Shown here one piece after another: positions 49,572 to 58,192 of a stretch of 58,192 bases of DNA. Numbering within the stretch: the first letter of the stretch is position 1; the number at the start of each line of letters is the position of its first letter. A program made the position numbers and the translations under genes. The notes beneath the pieces are model-generated. The model saw nothing but the letters and a program-made list of their open reading frames with translations. It searched no databases and was not told where the DNA came from. Origin of the DNA: Candidatus Bathyarchaeia archaeon (GTDB lineage Archaea; Thermoproteota; Bathyarchaeia; 40CM-2-53-6); the NCBI GenBank assembly GCA_049517415.1, contig JBEKSC010000018.1, forward strand, positions 1 through 58,192. Reading direction: 5' to 3'.

Positions 49572-50760
49572 GATTGTCCTCGGCGTAGGTGTCTGTGATC
49601 ACTCGCGGTGAGATGCCTAGTCTTATCTTCTTGGTGCGGCCATACCGGCCGAAACTCACCACGCGTGCATTCAGTATCCCCAGCACGTCCAATTCGTTGA
49701 TCAGCCCGCTTACTCTACGCTGCGTTAGGGGTTCCAGGTCGCTGTGTGAACAGAGTTCATGGTAGACCTCGTATACGTCCCCCGTAATTGCGCCCGCGGG
49801 AAGGTTGTTGCTGAGCAGGAAGGCGCTTACTAAGAGTATCTTGGAATGCGCTGGAAGGGACTTCAATACCTCTGACACGCGGTCGTGTTCAATTTTTTGT
49901 TGCGCCGTACGAACATGTTGTTCCACGATGTGTGTGGCGCCTTCACGTTCCGCCAATTCTCCAGCCACTCTAAGCAGGTCCAAAGCACGCCGAGCATCAC
50001 CATGCTCCCCAGCCGCGAGAGCTGAGCAAAGCCTCAGGGCGTTCTCATCAAGGCGGTCGTTAATGAAAGCCAGTTTAGCGCGGTCCATCAAAATATCGAA
50101 TAGCTCATTCGCCAGGTATGGCCGAAAGACCACCTCCTCTTCACTTAGAGAACTAAGCACCCGCGGATCCAGAAATTCCTTGAAATGAAGATCGTTCGAA
50201 ATTCCCACGATGCTAATCCAAGAGGAGTTCAAGCTCTCATTGATTCTCGTCAACTCGTAGAGTAGCGAATCGTCCGCGCTATGCTTTATGAGGGCATCAA
50301 TCTCGTCCAAAGTGACCAGCAACGCAGTGCGGTCCGCATTTATCCCACTACAGAACCGGTCGAGCAACTCACCGACCGCAATCCCCGTGAAGGGCACCTC
50401 CACGCCAACAGCCCTACATATCTCAGCAAGCACCCGGTAATTCGTTCCAGCCAAACGGCAGTTTATGTAAGCAATCCTAACCGGCGCTCCAATCTCTGTC
50501 GCTTTCTTCTCAAGTTTGTCAAGCACAAACTTCGTGACAATTGTCTTGCCGGTGCCTGTCTTACCATAAACGAACACGTTCGAGATCTTCGACTGCTGAA
50601 GTGCCGGAGCTAGCATACCGGCCAAGCGCTGAATATGTTCGTCCCTGTGAGGTAGGTGACTGGGCATGTAATCGTGGCGTAACACATCACGGTCTTCGAA
50701 AATGTTCGCAGTCGAGAGATATTTATCAAACAGAGTCTCCATAACATCTACGGTTGGCAT
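49516..50760 (-). CDS. cdc6: Orc1/Cdc6 replication initiator
   Basis: GKTGTGKT, LDEID, GDARRALDLLR, GRYGRT. Confidence 0.97.
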   Translation of the reverse strand: MPTVDVMETLFDKYLSTANIFEDRDVLRHDYMPSHLPHRDEHIQRLAGMLAPALQQSKISNVFVYGKTGTGKTIVTKFVLDKLEKKATEIGAPVRIAYINCRLAGTNYRVLAEICRAVGVEVPFTGIAVGELLDRFCSGINADRTALLVTLDEIDALIKHSADDSLLYELTRINESLNSSWISIVGISNDLHFKEFLDPRVLSSLSEEEVVFRPYLANELFDILMDRAKLAFINDRLDENALRLCSALAAGEHGDARRALDLLRVAGELAEREGATHIVEQHVRTAQQKIEHDRVSEVLKSLPAHSKILLVSAFLLSNNLPAGAITGDVYEVYHELCSHSDLEPLTQRRVSGLINELDVLGILNARVVSFGRYGRTKKIRLGISPRVITDTYAEDNLAGRLFGYVPKSLQKHQP

Positions 50761-50917
50761 ATTGAAACTTCCAATGGCAAATGTGCCATTACATGTTGAA
50801 AACTAGCTAACCATTCTTGTACAAGAAAACCAACAAGAGCAACTGGAAACATCAACCGTAAACGAACCATACAGTCGCAAAAATTGTTGTAAAATCTAAA
50901 AAATAATTAGAAAACAA

Positions 50918-50946
50918 CCCCCTCACCCCTGCACTTCCACTCGAAG
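50918..50946 (-). promoter_or_regulatory. ORB element 1
   Basis: Minus strand CTTCGAGTGGAAGTGCAGGGGTGAGGGGG. Confidence 0.8.
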
Positions 50947-51102
50947 TGTAGTTATGGTTGGGGGTGTTTTTGTTGTTGTTAGAAAGAAGTCATTGGTGTT
51001 AATGCTTTTCGGGACTATAGCGTAACGCGTTTATCCAATTGTATAATCTGCTCTAATTTCCATATTCTAGTGGTTGGAGGATTAATGCATACTTCAAGGC
51101 TT

Positions 51103-51131
51103 GTCCAGTCGAAATGAAGGGGTTAGGGGGG
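51103..51131 (+). promoter_or_regulatory. ORB element 2
   Basis: GTCCAGTCGAAATGAAGGGGTTAGGGGGG. Confidence 0.88.
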
Positions 51132-51188
51132 ACGTTTCTGAATACGATTAGCACTTTTAACGTGTTGTCCTCTGTGGAATGTAACAAT

Positions 51189-51211
51189 AACCCCTCTATT
51201 TCCACTGTAAG
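51189..51211 (-). promoter_or_regulatory. ORB element 3
   Basis: Minus strand TTACAGTGGAAATAGAGGGGTT. Confidence 0.85.
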
Positions 51212-51278
51212 CACAAAATTGCTACTAGAACTCTATGGATTAGATGGTCCACAATTAAGTTCAACTTATTACATGTGA

Positions 51279-51692
51279 ATGATTAACCGTGTGGCTCCTA
51301 TGAAGAAGCGTATCAAACTAGAATTCTTCGATCGCCACGGCATGAAACATAGCATTGCAATTGAAGGTGAAGTTACAGCCGACAAAGTCAACCACTTGCT
51401 CGAATATGCTGAGATCGTTGCCGGCTCAAATGAGAGAGCCCCATTACTCCCTGGTACCCAGGATAGTAAGATGGGTAGATTGTTGGACGTGATCAACACA
51501 CGGTTAGTGGATCGTAGCTTTGATTCACGTGAGATTTTGCAAGCTTACAGGGAAGCTTGGGGGGATGATTTTACGCTCGGCGCGGTATCAACCTACCTGT
51601 CTCGTTTGGTTGATCGGGGAACGTTGGAGAGGACTGGTTCGGCTTCCCACTGGTTCTATAAGCTTAAGCCTTCGCCGACTCTTTCTCCGTGA
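51279..51692 (+). CDS. Uncharacterised protein with C-terminal wHTH
   Basis: FDSREI..AY...LGAVSTYLSRLVDRG.LER.G. Confidence 0.8.
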   Translation: MINRVAPMKKRIKLEFFDRHGMKHSIAIEGEVTADKVNHLLEYAEIVAGSNERAPLLPGTQDSKMGRLLDVINTRLVDRSFDSREILQAYREAWGDDFTLGAVSTYLSRLVDRGTLERTGSASHWFYKLKPSPTLSP

Positions 51693-52401
51693 CCTCCGTC
51701 CCCGCGGGCTGCAAGGCAGAACGGGCCGTCTCGCTCAACTTATACCTAAACGGGGCTCGGTTTGATTCTCGGTCCACATACCCTTCCAAATACAATTTCT
51801 TCATCAACCGCGAGGTGTGCTCCCTCGACTTCCTTAGTCGTTGCCCTAGTTCGGGCGCCGCCTTCGAGCCTTCAACGTTCAAAATCATGAGTGTCTCACG
51901 CTCCGTAGGTGTCAGTGGGGACAGGATGTCTCCTTCACTGACGACGCCAGCTAGGTTCATGCGTTTAGCGGGGGGATGGGCCACTGTTCCTACGGGTGGT
52001 AGGGAGGCGAACCTAGCTTTCAAGTTCTCAAGGTCGACTACGAGGCGTTTATCATTGCTTAGGACTTCTTCGAGGCGCTTGAACACCTGAAGGTTGGACG
52101 AGCGAAGTTCCGCCTCCTCCCATTCCACCCCACCAATGCGCGTTTTCAAGCCGTCCATCTCAGTCTGCGCTTGGCTGAGCACGAACTCGGATTGCGCAAT
52201 GCGGGACGTAAGGGCGTCCACGATTACGCTGATGATTGAGGCTGATTCCATGAGCGCCTGCTTACTTTGTTTGAAGGCGTGGACGGCCTTGGTTGCTATT
52301 AGGAGGAGGATTACAAGGACGACGGCGGAAACTGCGTCCACGGCGATTATGAAGGGATCCAAGGTTGATGTGTAGTTGCCGATTAGGTATTTCAGTCTCA
52401 T
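51664..52401 (-). CDS. Membrane-anchored coiled-coil wHTH protein
   Basis: N-terminal TM, heptad-like middle, LTPTE...SREHTSRLMKKLYLEGYVDR...PFRY. Confidence 0.82.
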   Translation of the reverse strand: MRLKYLIGNYTSTLDPFIIAVDAVSAVVLVILLLIATKAVHAFKQSKQALMESASIISVIVDALTSRIAQSEFVLSQAQTEMDGLKTRIGGVEWEEAELRSSNLQVFKRLEEVLSNDKRLVVDLENLKARFASLPPVGTVAHPPAKRMNLAGVVSEGDILSPLTPTERETLMILNVEGSKAAPELGQRLRKSREHTSRLMKKLYLEGYVDRESNRAPFRYKLSETARSALQPAGTEVTEKESAKA

Positions 52402-52408
52402 TTACACG

Positions 52409-52614
52409 TGTGATGTCACAATGGTTGTTTGACGTCACAATGATAACGCGGTGATGAAAGTATGATGCACTCATGTCACAGCCTCAGGAAAATAAGGCCG
52501 CTATAGCTGGATAGAGCTGAGAAAGACTCATTTTTAGCCTTTCACAATGTTTGACTTCATTATCGTGATGTTGGGTGGATATCAGAAGTTCGATGGATAT
52601 CACGTGATGTCACA
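52409..52614. repeat. Cluster of TGA(T/C)GTCACA boxes
   Basis: TGTGATGTCACA 52409, TTTGACGTCACA 52428, CTCATGTCACA 52470, CGTGATGTCACA 52603. Confidence 0.7.
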
Positions 52615-52630
52615 TTGACACATTGAATTC

Positions 52631-53086
52631 TTAGACTTCAAGAGTATCCTTGAAGCTCTGACGTTTGGCTAGGGCGGAAATGCTGTCGCGAAGCCTTTGG
52701 TTCAGTTGTTCGATGGCCTCGTGGTCTGTTTGACCAATTTGTCTAGCTTGTTGGATATAGTCTTGAATTGTGTCGGAGAGTTCCGTGAAGGGTTGAAGAG
52801 AGGGCGTATCGAAGAGCCCTACGTACCCGAGCAGAAGAATGGTGTAAATTGAGCGGATTACATTGTTTTGGGCTTGAATTAAGGTCCGATTATAGGCGCC
52901 ACGGCTGACACGTTTCCCGGATGGCCTGAACAGCCGCCTATGGGCCTTCAATGCCCCTTTTTCGCTAGAGAGAGAGTCGGCGAGAATTGTTTCTAACTGA
53001 GGGAGAGTCAGTTGGCTAGTTCGGAGAAGCAGCTTTGTAACGGGATCGCCGAGCGTATCACGAATTGAGGCACGAGCCTCTGACAC
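52631..53086 (-). CDS. Uncharacterised HTH-like protein (start inferred at GTG 53086)
   Basis: SQLT..QLET...VSRGAYNRTLIQAQNNVIRSIYTILLLGY. Confidence 0.75.
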   Translation of the reverse strand: MSEARASIRDTLGDPVTKLLLRTSQLTLPQLETILADSLSSEKGALKAHRRLFRPSGKRVSRGAYNRTLIQAQNNVIRSIYTILLLGYVGLFDTPSLQPFTELSDTIQDYIQQARQIGQTDHEAIEQLNQRLRDSISALAKRQSFKDTLEV

Positions 53087-53359
53087 CGTATCGGGATGGT
53101 CGGACGTATGAACGGCCTCATGGATACGATTTTGTATTCGCTTAAGGCTTTTTCGACAACGTGGACCCACCTTTCTTGGCACTGTTTGGCACCACCCCTT
53201 GATGGGTGGATCCACCCTCTCCGCGGCGAAGCTATCACGGAGAAATTGTCCCATTTCGCGATGCTCCATTCTGCAATGGTGATGTTGAGCGTCATGGAAT
53301 CTGCAATCTTGAAATACGGCGGGATTCATGTCGCCTCCTCGCAAAGAAGGGGATTCTAG

Positions 53360-53623
53360 TTGGGTAGGCGCAGAAGAAGGGTCATCAAGGTAGTCAAGAA
53401 GAAACTTCCATCCGTTTTCACTTGCCCCTCATGTGGCGAGGAATCAATACGCGTCAAACTGCCCCAGGGGCCCGGCCCTGCCATCGTTCAATGCGGCGCA
53501 TGTGGACTCAAACGTGAATTCGAGGCCACACCGTCCAGCCAGATTGTCGACATATATTGCATGTTCACGGACTCCTATTACTCAAAAGAGAAACCACCCG
53601 AACCCCCTCAGCAAACGTCGTAA
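53360..53623 (+). CDS. elf1: Transcription elongation factor Elf1
   Basis: MGRRRR...LPSVFTCPSC...CGACG...VDIY..F.D. Confidence 0.9.
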   Translation: MGRRRRRVIKVVKKKLPSVFTCPSCGEESIRVKLPQGPGPAIVQCGACGLKREFEATPSSQIVDIYCMFTDSYYSKEKPPEPPQQTS

Positions 53624-53710
53624 CGTCCAACGTACTCGTATAATCAGTCAGATCATCGGCCCTCTCAGTGTTAAATTACGGTTAGCCCTTCTGTAAGCTA
53701 GGCTAGCCTA

Positions 53711-56700
53711 ATGGCAGCAACTATTCTCAGCGAGCACGATGCGTATTTCCAACGTCTCAAAGAAGAGTTGGATGAAATTTACGATCTTGCTAGGCAGGCG
53801 AGGGCAAAAGGGCTCGACCCTTCACAAGAACCCGAATCCGTACTGACCCATGATGTCGCAGAGCGTGTCGAGAAAGCAGTTGGCCCAGTTGGAGTATCGT
53901 CCCGAATTCGTGAACTCTCGCATGTCATGCAGCGCGAGCTCGTCGCGCTCAAAATTGCTGAGGAAATTGCCCTCGGTAAGTACGGAGGCATAGATGAAGG
54001 GGCAGCGGAGCAAGCTGTGCGGACCGCTTCAGCCATACTAGATGAGGGAGTGACCGCGGCGCCGATAGAGGGGATCTCTAGCGTCCGCATTAGAGCAAAC
54101 CAAGATGGGAGCAGGTATCTTGCAGTCTACTTTGCCGGCCCCATAAGGTCCGCCGGCGGCACCGATATGGCTCTTATTCTCGTGATCGCCGATTACGTTC
54201 GCCATCAGCTCGGCTTGGGTAAGTACAAGGCTACGGAACTTGAAGCGAAACGATTCGTGGAAGAACTCCGCATCTATGAGAGAGAAGTCGCCCGTTTTCA
54301 ATTCAAAGTCTCGGATGAGGAGTTGTTCAACGCCATCATGCGGCTGCCGGTGGAAGTTAACGGAGTTGAAACAGACCCTGTCGAGGTGAGCGCGTACCGA
54401 AATGTTCCGAGAGTAGACACAAACAGGGTCAGGGGTGGGGCGCTCAGGGTCGTTCACGATGGTTTGATTGGGAGAAGCCACAAGGTACTGAAGATTGTAG
54501 ACAGTCTCGGTATCGAAGGGTGGAGTTGGCTGAGGGAGATCAAGCCCCCAGTCGCTGAGGCGGAGGAGGCGCGTGAGTTCATGTTTATGGAGGATGTCCT
54601 CGCAGGCCGGCCGATATTCTCCTTTCCACAGTTTACAGGAGGCTTTAGGCTCAGGTATGGGCGGGCCCGAAACACAGGGCTTGCGGCCATCGGGCTACAT
54701 CCATCAACTATGCTGGTCCTTGGAAAGTTCATAGCAGTTGGAACGCAGCTGAGGCTTGAGAAGCCAGGAAAAGCGGGAATAGCTGCGACGGTCGACTCCA
54801 TCGAACCCCCAATCGTGAAACTGAACGACGGATCCGTTGTAAGGCTCTCCGACCCTAAGCAAGCCGAAAGACTGCTTGATTCGATCAGCCAAATCCTTTT
54901 CCTCGGTGACATTCTTGTGGGATTCGGAGAATTCCTTGAGAACAACCGCCCCCTGCTACCATCGGGTTTTGTTGAAGAATGGTGGCGTGAACTCGTTAGG
55001 ATTGAAGCTGCGAACTACGGCGGCCTTGAGGGCTTCGCGAAACATGTCGGTGTGAATGGAACCGAATTAGTAGGTTGGGTTGCAGACTCAGGTGGAACCA
55101 TCCCAACCGCCGAGAACGCGCTGGGCATCGCGAGACACTCAAAAATACCGTTACACCCGAGGTACACGTACTTCTGGGAGAATATTGCCCCCCAAGACTT
55201 CGACAAGTTACGCTCTAGGCTGATGGACAAGGGCCAAACAGACGCCTCCCCTGCACGAATCGTGACTAGGAAAGAACCCCTAATCAAGGCTATTCTTGAG
55301 AACCTCTGTATCCCCCACAAAGTCAACGGCGAGTCCATTGTAATCGAAGAGGAGGCGCCCATACTGTACGAATGCCTCGGCCTGTCTTCGTCCGCGAAAC
55401 CACTTGACGGTGGAGATGTCTTCCAAAAAATCGCCCAAGCATCGGCCATACAAGTGATGAAGAAGGCCCCGGTTTACGTTGGCGCTAGGATGGGCCGGCC
55501 GGAAAAGGCAAAACGGCGGGAAATGCGGCCAATGGTACACTGCCTCTTCCCAGTGGGGTTGGCTGGAGGTCCAAGGAGAAGCATCGTTGAGGCGGCGACG
55601 GAGCATTCTGTTATTTCGGTCGAAATAGCGTATCGTAAATGCGGCAGATGCGGCAACATAACTCACCTCAATTTCTGTGAAAGATGCGGCGAGAAGACCG
55701 CGAAAGTCTTTGTCTGCCCGAAATGTGGCGCTGAGGGCGCCAACCAGATCTGCCCCAACTGTCGGAGCACTTCGCGTGCGTACACCGAGAGAAGTGTGCC
55801 GCTAAGAGACTTGTTGAATTCAGCAGAAAGAAAGCTCTCCTTGACAGTGATTCCTGAAGCTGTTAAGGGAGTGCGGGGCTTGACTAACGATGCTAAAGCC
55901 CCAGAACCCCTCGAGAAAGGTCTCCTACGGGCGAAACATGACGTATCGGTCTTCAAAGATGGGACGGTTCGCTTTGACGCAACCAATGCGCCCCTCACAC
56001 ACTTCAAACCGGCCGAGATAGGCGTTGAGGTTGAGAAACTTCAAGCGCTAGGGTACAACTTGGACATGAACGGCGAACCCCTCAAGTCGGCCGAGCAGTG
56101 CTGCGCTCTCAAAGTGCACGATATCATAGTGACCGAACAATGCGGCGACTATTTCGTTAGAGTTGCAAAGTTCCTCGACGAACTACTACAAACCTTCTAC
56201 GGCCTACCCGCATTCTACCAAGCAAGAACAAGGCAGGACATAGTCGGCCAATTAGTCGTTGGCCTATCACCCCACACCTCAGTTGGAGTCATAGGCCGCA
56301 TAATCGGTTACACTCGCGCCAGCGTCTGCTTCGCGCACCCCTTCTGGCACGCTACCAAGCGCAGGGATTGTGACGGTGATGAGGACTCAGTTAGCTTGGC
56401 TTTGGATATCTTGTTGAATTTCTCCAGGCAGTTTCTGCCTTCAAGGATTGGGGGTATTATGGATGCGCCGCTCTTGTTGTCGGCGGCCATCAAGCCCAGC
56501 GAGATCGCACGCCAGGCCTTCAACCTTGAAACCGTCCAGCGCCTACCGTTGAAGTTTTTTGACGAGACGCAGACTCGTGCGGATCCGAAGGCGTTGACGG
56601 AGTTGATTGAGACGGTGCAGAAGAAACTTGGCTCCGACGCCGTCTTGGGATCGCTTGGGTTCACGCATGACACGCATGACTTTAACAGCGGAAACTTGGA

Positions 56701-57127
56701 AAGCGTGTACAAGAAGCTTGGATCGATGGTCGACAAGGTAACCCTGCAACTCAAGCTCGCTGAGTCAGTTAAGGCGGTGGCAGCGGGGGAAGTTGCGAAA
56801 CGCGTTCTCTCGACACATTTCATGCGAGACTTAACCGGAAATCTGAAGGCATTCGCGAGTCAGCGGTTCCGCTGCACCAAATGTAATGCGAAGTTTCGAA
56901 GGATACCGTTAAAGGGCGCTTGCCCTCGTTGCGGCGGCAAACTATCCCTAACCGTCTACAGGGGCAGCGTGGAAAAATACTTGACCGTAGCGCAAGATCT
57001 GGTCAAGCGATACAATCTAGGCAAATACCATGAACAGCGCCTACTCCTCCTCCATGAGGAAATTAATTCACTCTTCAACGAACCGGAGGAAAAGAAGAAA
57101 CAACCCACACTCGCGCAGTTTGTGTGA
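53711..57127 (+). CDS. polC: DNA polymerase D large subunit DP2
   Basis: FAGPIRSAGGT, RLRYGR, RMGRPEK, KRRDCDGDED, C-terminal Zn finger, QPTLAQF PIP-like tail; no intein. Confidence 0.97.
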   Translation: MAATILSEHDAYFQRLKEELDEIYDLARQARAKGLDPSQEPESVLTHDVAERVEKAVGPVGVSSRIRELSHVMQRELVALKIAEEIALGKYGGIDEGAAEQAVRTASAILDEGVTAAPIEGISSVRIRANQDGSRYLAVYFAGPIRSAGGTDMALILVIADYVRHQLGLGKYKATELEAKRFVEELRIYEREVARFQFKVSDEELFNAIMRLPVEVNGVETDPVEVSAYRNVPRVDTNRVRGGALRVVHDGLIGRSHKVLKIVDSLGIEGWSWLREIKPPVAEAEEAREFMFMEDVLAGRPIFSFPQFTGGFRLRYGRARNTGLAAIGLHPSTMLVLGKFIAVGTQLRLEKPGKAGIAATVDSIEPPIVKLNDGSVVRLSDPKQAERLLDSISQILFLGDILVGFGEFLENNRPLLPSGFVEEWWRELVRIEAANYGGLEGFAKHVGVNGTELVGWVADSGGTIPTAENALGIARHSKIPLHPRYTYFWENIAPQDFDKLRSRLMDKGQTDASPARIVTRKEPLIKAILENLCIPHKVNGESIVIEEEAPILYECLGLSSSAKPLDGGDVFQKIAQASAIQVMKKAPVYVGARMGRPEKAKRREMRPMVHCLFPVGLAGGPRRSIVEAATEHSVISVEIAYRKCGRCGNITHLNFCERCGEKTAKVFVCPKCGAEGANQICPNCRSTSRAYTERSVPLRDLLNSAERKLSLTVIPEAVKGVRGLTNDAKAPEPLEKGLLRAKHDVSVFKDGTVRFDATNAPLTHFKPAEIGVEVEKLQALGYNLDMNGEPLKSAEQCCALKVHDIIVTEQCGDYFVRVAKFLDELLQTFYGLPAFYQARTRQDIVGQLVVGLSPHTSVGVIGRIIGYTRASVCFAHPFWHATKRRDCDGDEDSVSLALDILLNFSRQFLPSRIGGIMDAPLLLSAAIKPSEIARQAFNLETVQRLPLKFFDETQTRADPKALTELIETVQKKLGSDAVLGSLGFTHDTHDFNSGNLESVYKKLGSMVDKVTLQLKLAESVKAVAAGEVAKRVLSTHFMRDLTGNLKAFASQRFRCTKCNAKFRRIPLKGACPRCGGKLSLTVYRGSVEKYLTVAQDLVKRYNLGKYHEQRLLLLHEEINSLFNEPEEKKKQPTLAQFV

Positions 57128-57136
57128 GATGATAGC

Positions 57137-57409
57137 ATGCCAAAGGCCCCTGCGTTCCATCCCAAAGCCTTCCTAACATCGAAAAGGAACGTCAAGGCCG
57201 GACTAATTTCCCGTTCGAAAATCTTGGTCGTTCTTGAGAGGGAGCGGAAAAGCGCGAGCGCCATAGCGAAGGAAGCTTCTCTATCATACGAATGCGTCAT
57301 GTACCATCTGAAGGCGTTGAAAAAAGAACGGTTAGTAGACAAGCTGACCAAGACGAAGCCATTCACGTGGGGGTTTACACCATTTGGGCAACAGAAGCTG
57401 CCCACCTAA
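57137..57409 (+). CDS. Small wHTH protein
   Basis: SRSKIL..L...SASAIA...LSY..V.YHL..L. Confidence 0.75.
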   Translation: MPKAPAFHPKAFLTSKRNVKAGLISRSKILVVLERERKSASAIAKEASLSYECVMYHLKALKKERLVDKLTKTKPFTWGFTPFGQQKLPT

Positions 57410-57537
57410 CGCCGCATCTCAGAGGCCGCATGTATTTAGGGCAAAGGATCGCGACCCCGATGGCGTTTCATAAACACACTAAATACGAGCCTTTCCATAC
57501 TTCTTCCGTCTAAGAAAATTAGTGCCGGCGAAACGTA

Positions 57538-58192
57538 ATGCAAACAGAAGTTAAGTACCATCAACAACCACAACTAAACAACCCCGTAATGGTTTGCGGG
57601 CTTCCAGGGATCGGGTCAGTGGCTTGGCTTGCCGTCAGTCATCTCCAGAAGGAGTTGAAAGCAGAGCTTTTCGCCGAGGTTTTTTCTCCCATGTTTTCGC
57701 CGAAGGTTTGGCTTACCGATGAGGGGGTAGTGCAACTGATGAAGGGGGAGTTTCATGTTTGGAAGAACAGCGCTGGCGGAATCGACCTGTTACTCTTCTC
57801 GGCAAATGAGCAACCGTATTCGCCTGAAGGGCAATATGAGCTGGCTGAAGTTGTTCTGGATATGGCGGAGAAGTTTGGTGTGAAAAGGGTCATCACGATG
57901 GGCGGGATGGCTACAGAGAGGTTCACTGAACAGCCAAAGGTGTACGTTGGCGGTACCGATGTTGAGCAAGTGAAGGAATTGGAGGGCCTCGGTGCGGTAA
58001 AGCTTGCAGGAGGCGCGATAACAGGAACAAACGGCCTAATTTTTGGTTTGGCAAAACCAAGAAAAATGCCTGCAATCTGCCTTCTGGCCGAAACTCCCGG
58101 TTACCTAACCCTGGACGCAAACGCTGCGAAAACGGCTTTGCAGCTCGCGTCCAAACTACTGAACATCCCAATGGATGTGGCGGCTTTGGAAA
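57538..58192 (+). CDS. PAC2-family proteasome assembly chaperone (3'-truncated)
   Basis: Not in ORF track; NPVMVCGLPGIGSVAWLA...ITMGG...GTNGL...AICLLAETPGY. Confidence 0.88.
   Translation, partial: MQTEVKYHQQPQLNNPVMVCGLPGIGSVAWLAVSHLQKELKAELFAEVFSPMFSPKVWLTDEGVVQLMKGEFHVWKNSAGGIDLLLFSANEQPYSPEGQYELAEVVLDMAEKFGVKRVITMGGMATERFTEQPKVYVGGTDVEQVKELEGLGAVKLAGGAITGTNGLIFGLAKPRKMPAICLLAETPGYLTLDANAAKTALQLASKLLNIPMDVAALE

Larger units (their letters stand above)
50880..51215. other. Replication origin oriC
   Basis: Noncoding AT-rich stretch upstream of cdc6 with three ORB boxes bearing G-strings. Confidence 0.9.

Noticed and set aside
53087..53344. N-terminal extension of the 237-aa track ORF
   Set aside because: Composition is not protein-like and it overlaps a hairpin and the probable divergent promoters; a later start is more plausible.
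53711..57127. Intein in DP2, or in cdc6
   Set aside because: Lengths are normal and no splice-junction motifs are seen.
1..58192. Genome-wide TAG reassignment
   Set aside because: TAG terminates many conserved genes at their expected ends, and DP1 readthrough would add a long nonsense tail.
1..58192. CRISPR array, tRNA or rRNA genes
   Set aside because: No regularly spaced repeats or cloverleaf found by eye; small or intron-split RNAs could have been missed.

Overview
Archaeal chromosomal window, most likely TACK/Bathyarchaeia-like (inferred from PolD plus Elf1, Cdc6, ZPR1, Sec61beta and PAC2). From left to right: a toxin-antitoxin hotspot with decayed copies (1-2.8 kb); accessory transport, redox and sugar genes, including a bacterial-type PfkA, a GH130, AMP phosphorylase and MsrB; housekeeping genes; a 10.8-kb integrative element (25726-36538); an arsenic-resistance cluster; cysS; and the replication-origin region (DP1, cdc6, three ORB boxes, DP2). 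The element is bounded by a 14-bp direct repeat and has inserted into the 3' end of a stand-alone Lrp/AsnC gene. It carries an atypical tyrosine integrase, two PD-(D/E)XK nucleases, a HEXXH protein, an RNase HI and several surface or membrane proteins. The main highlights are this element with reconstructable attP/attB sites, an oriC-linked trio of uncharacterised DNA-binding-type genes (one membrane-anchored) with clustered TGATGTCACA boxes, and two otherwise intact genes interrupted by single in-frame TAG codons. No CRISPR array, rRNA or tRNA was seen. All family calls come from motif recognition, not database searches.
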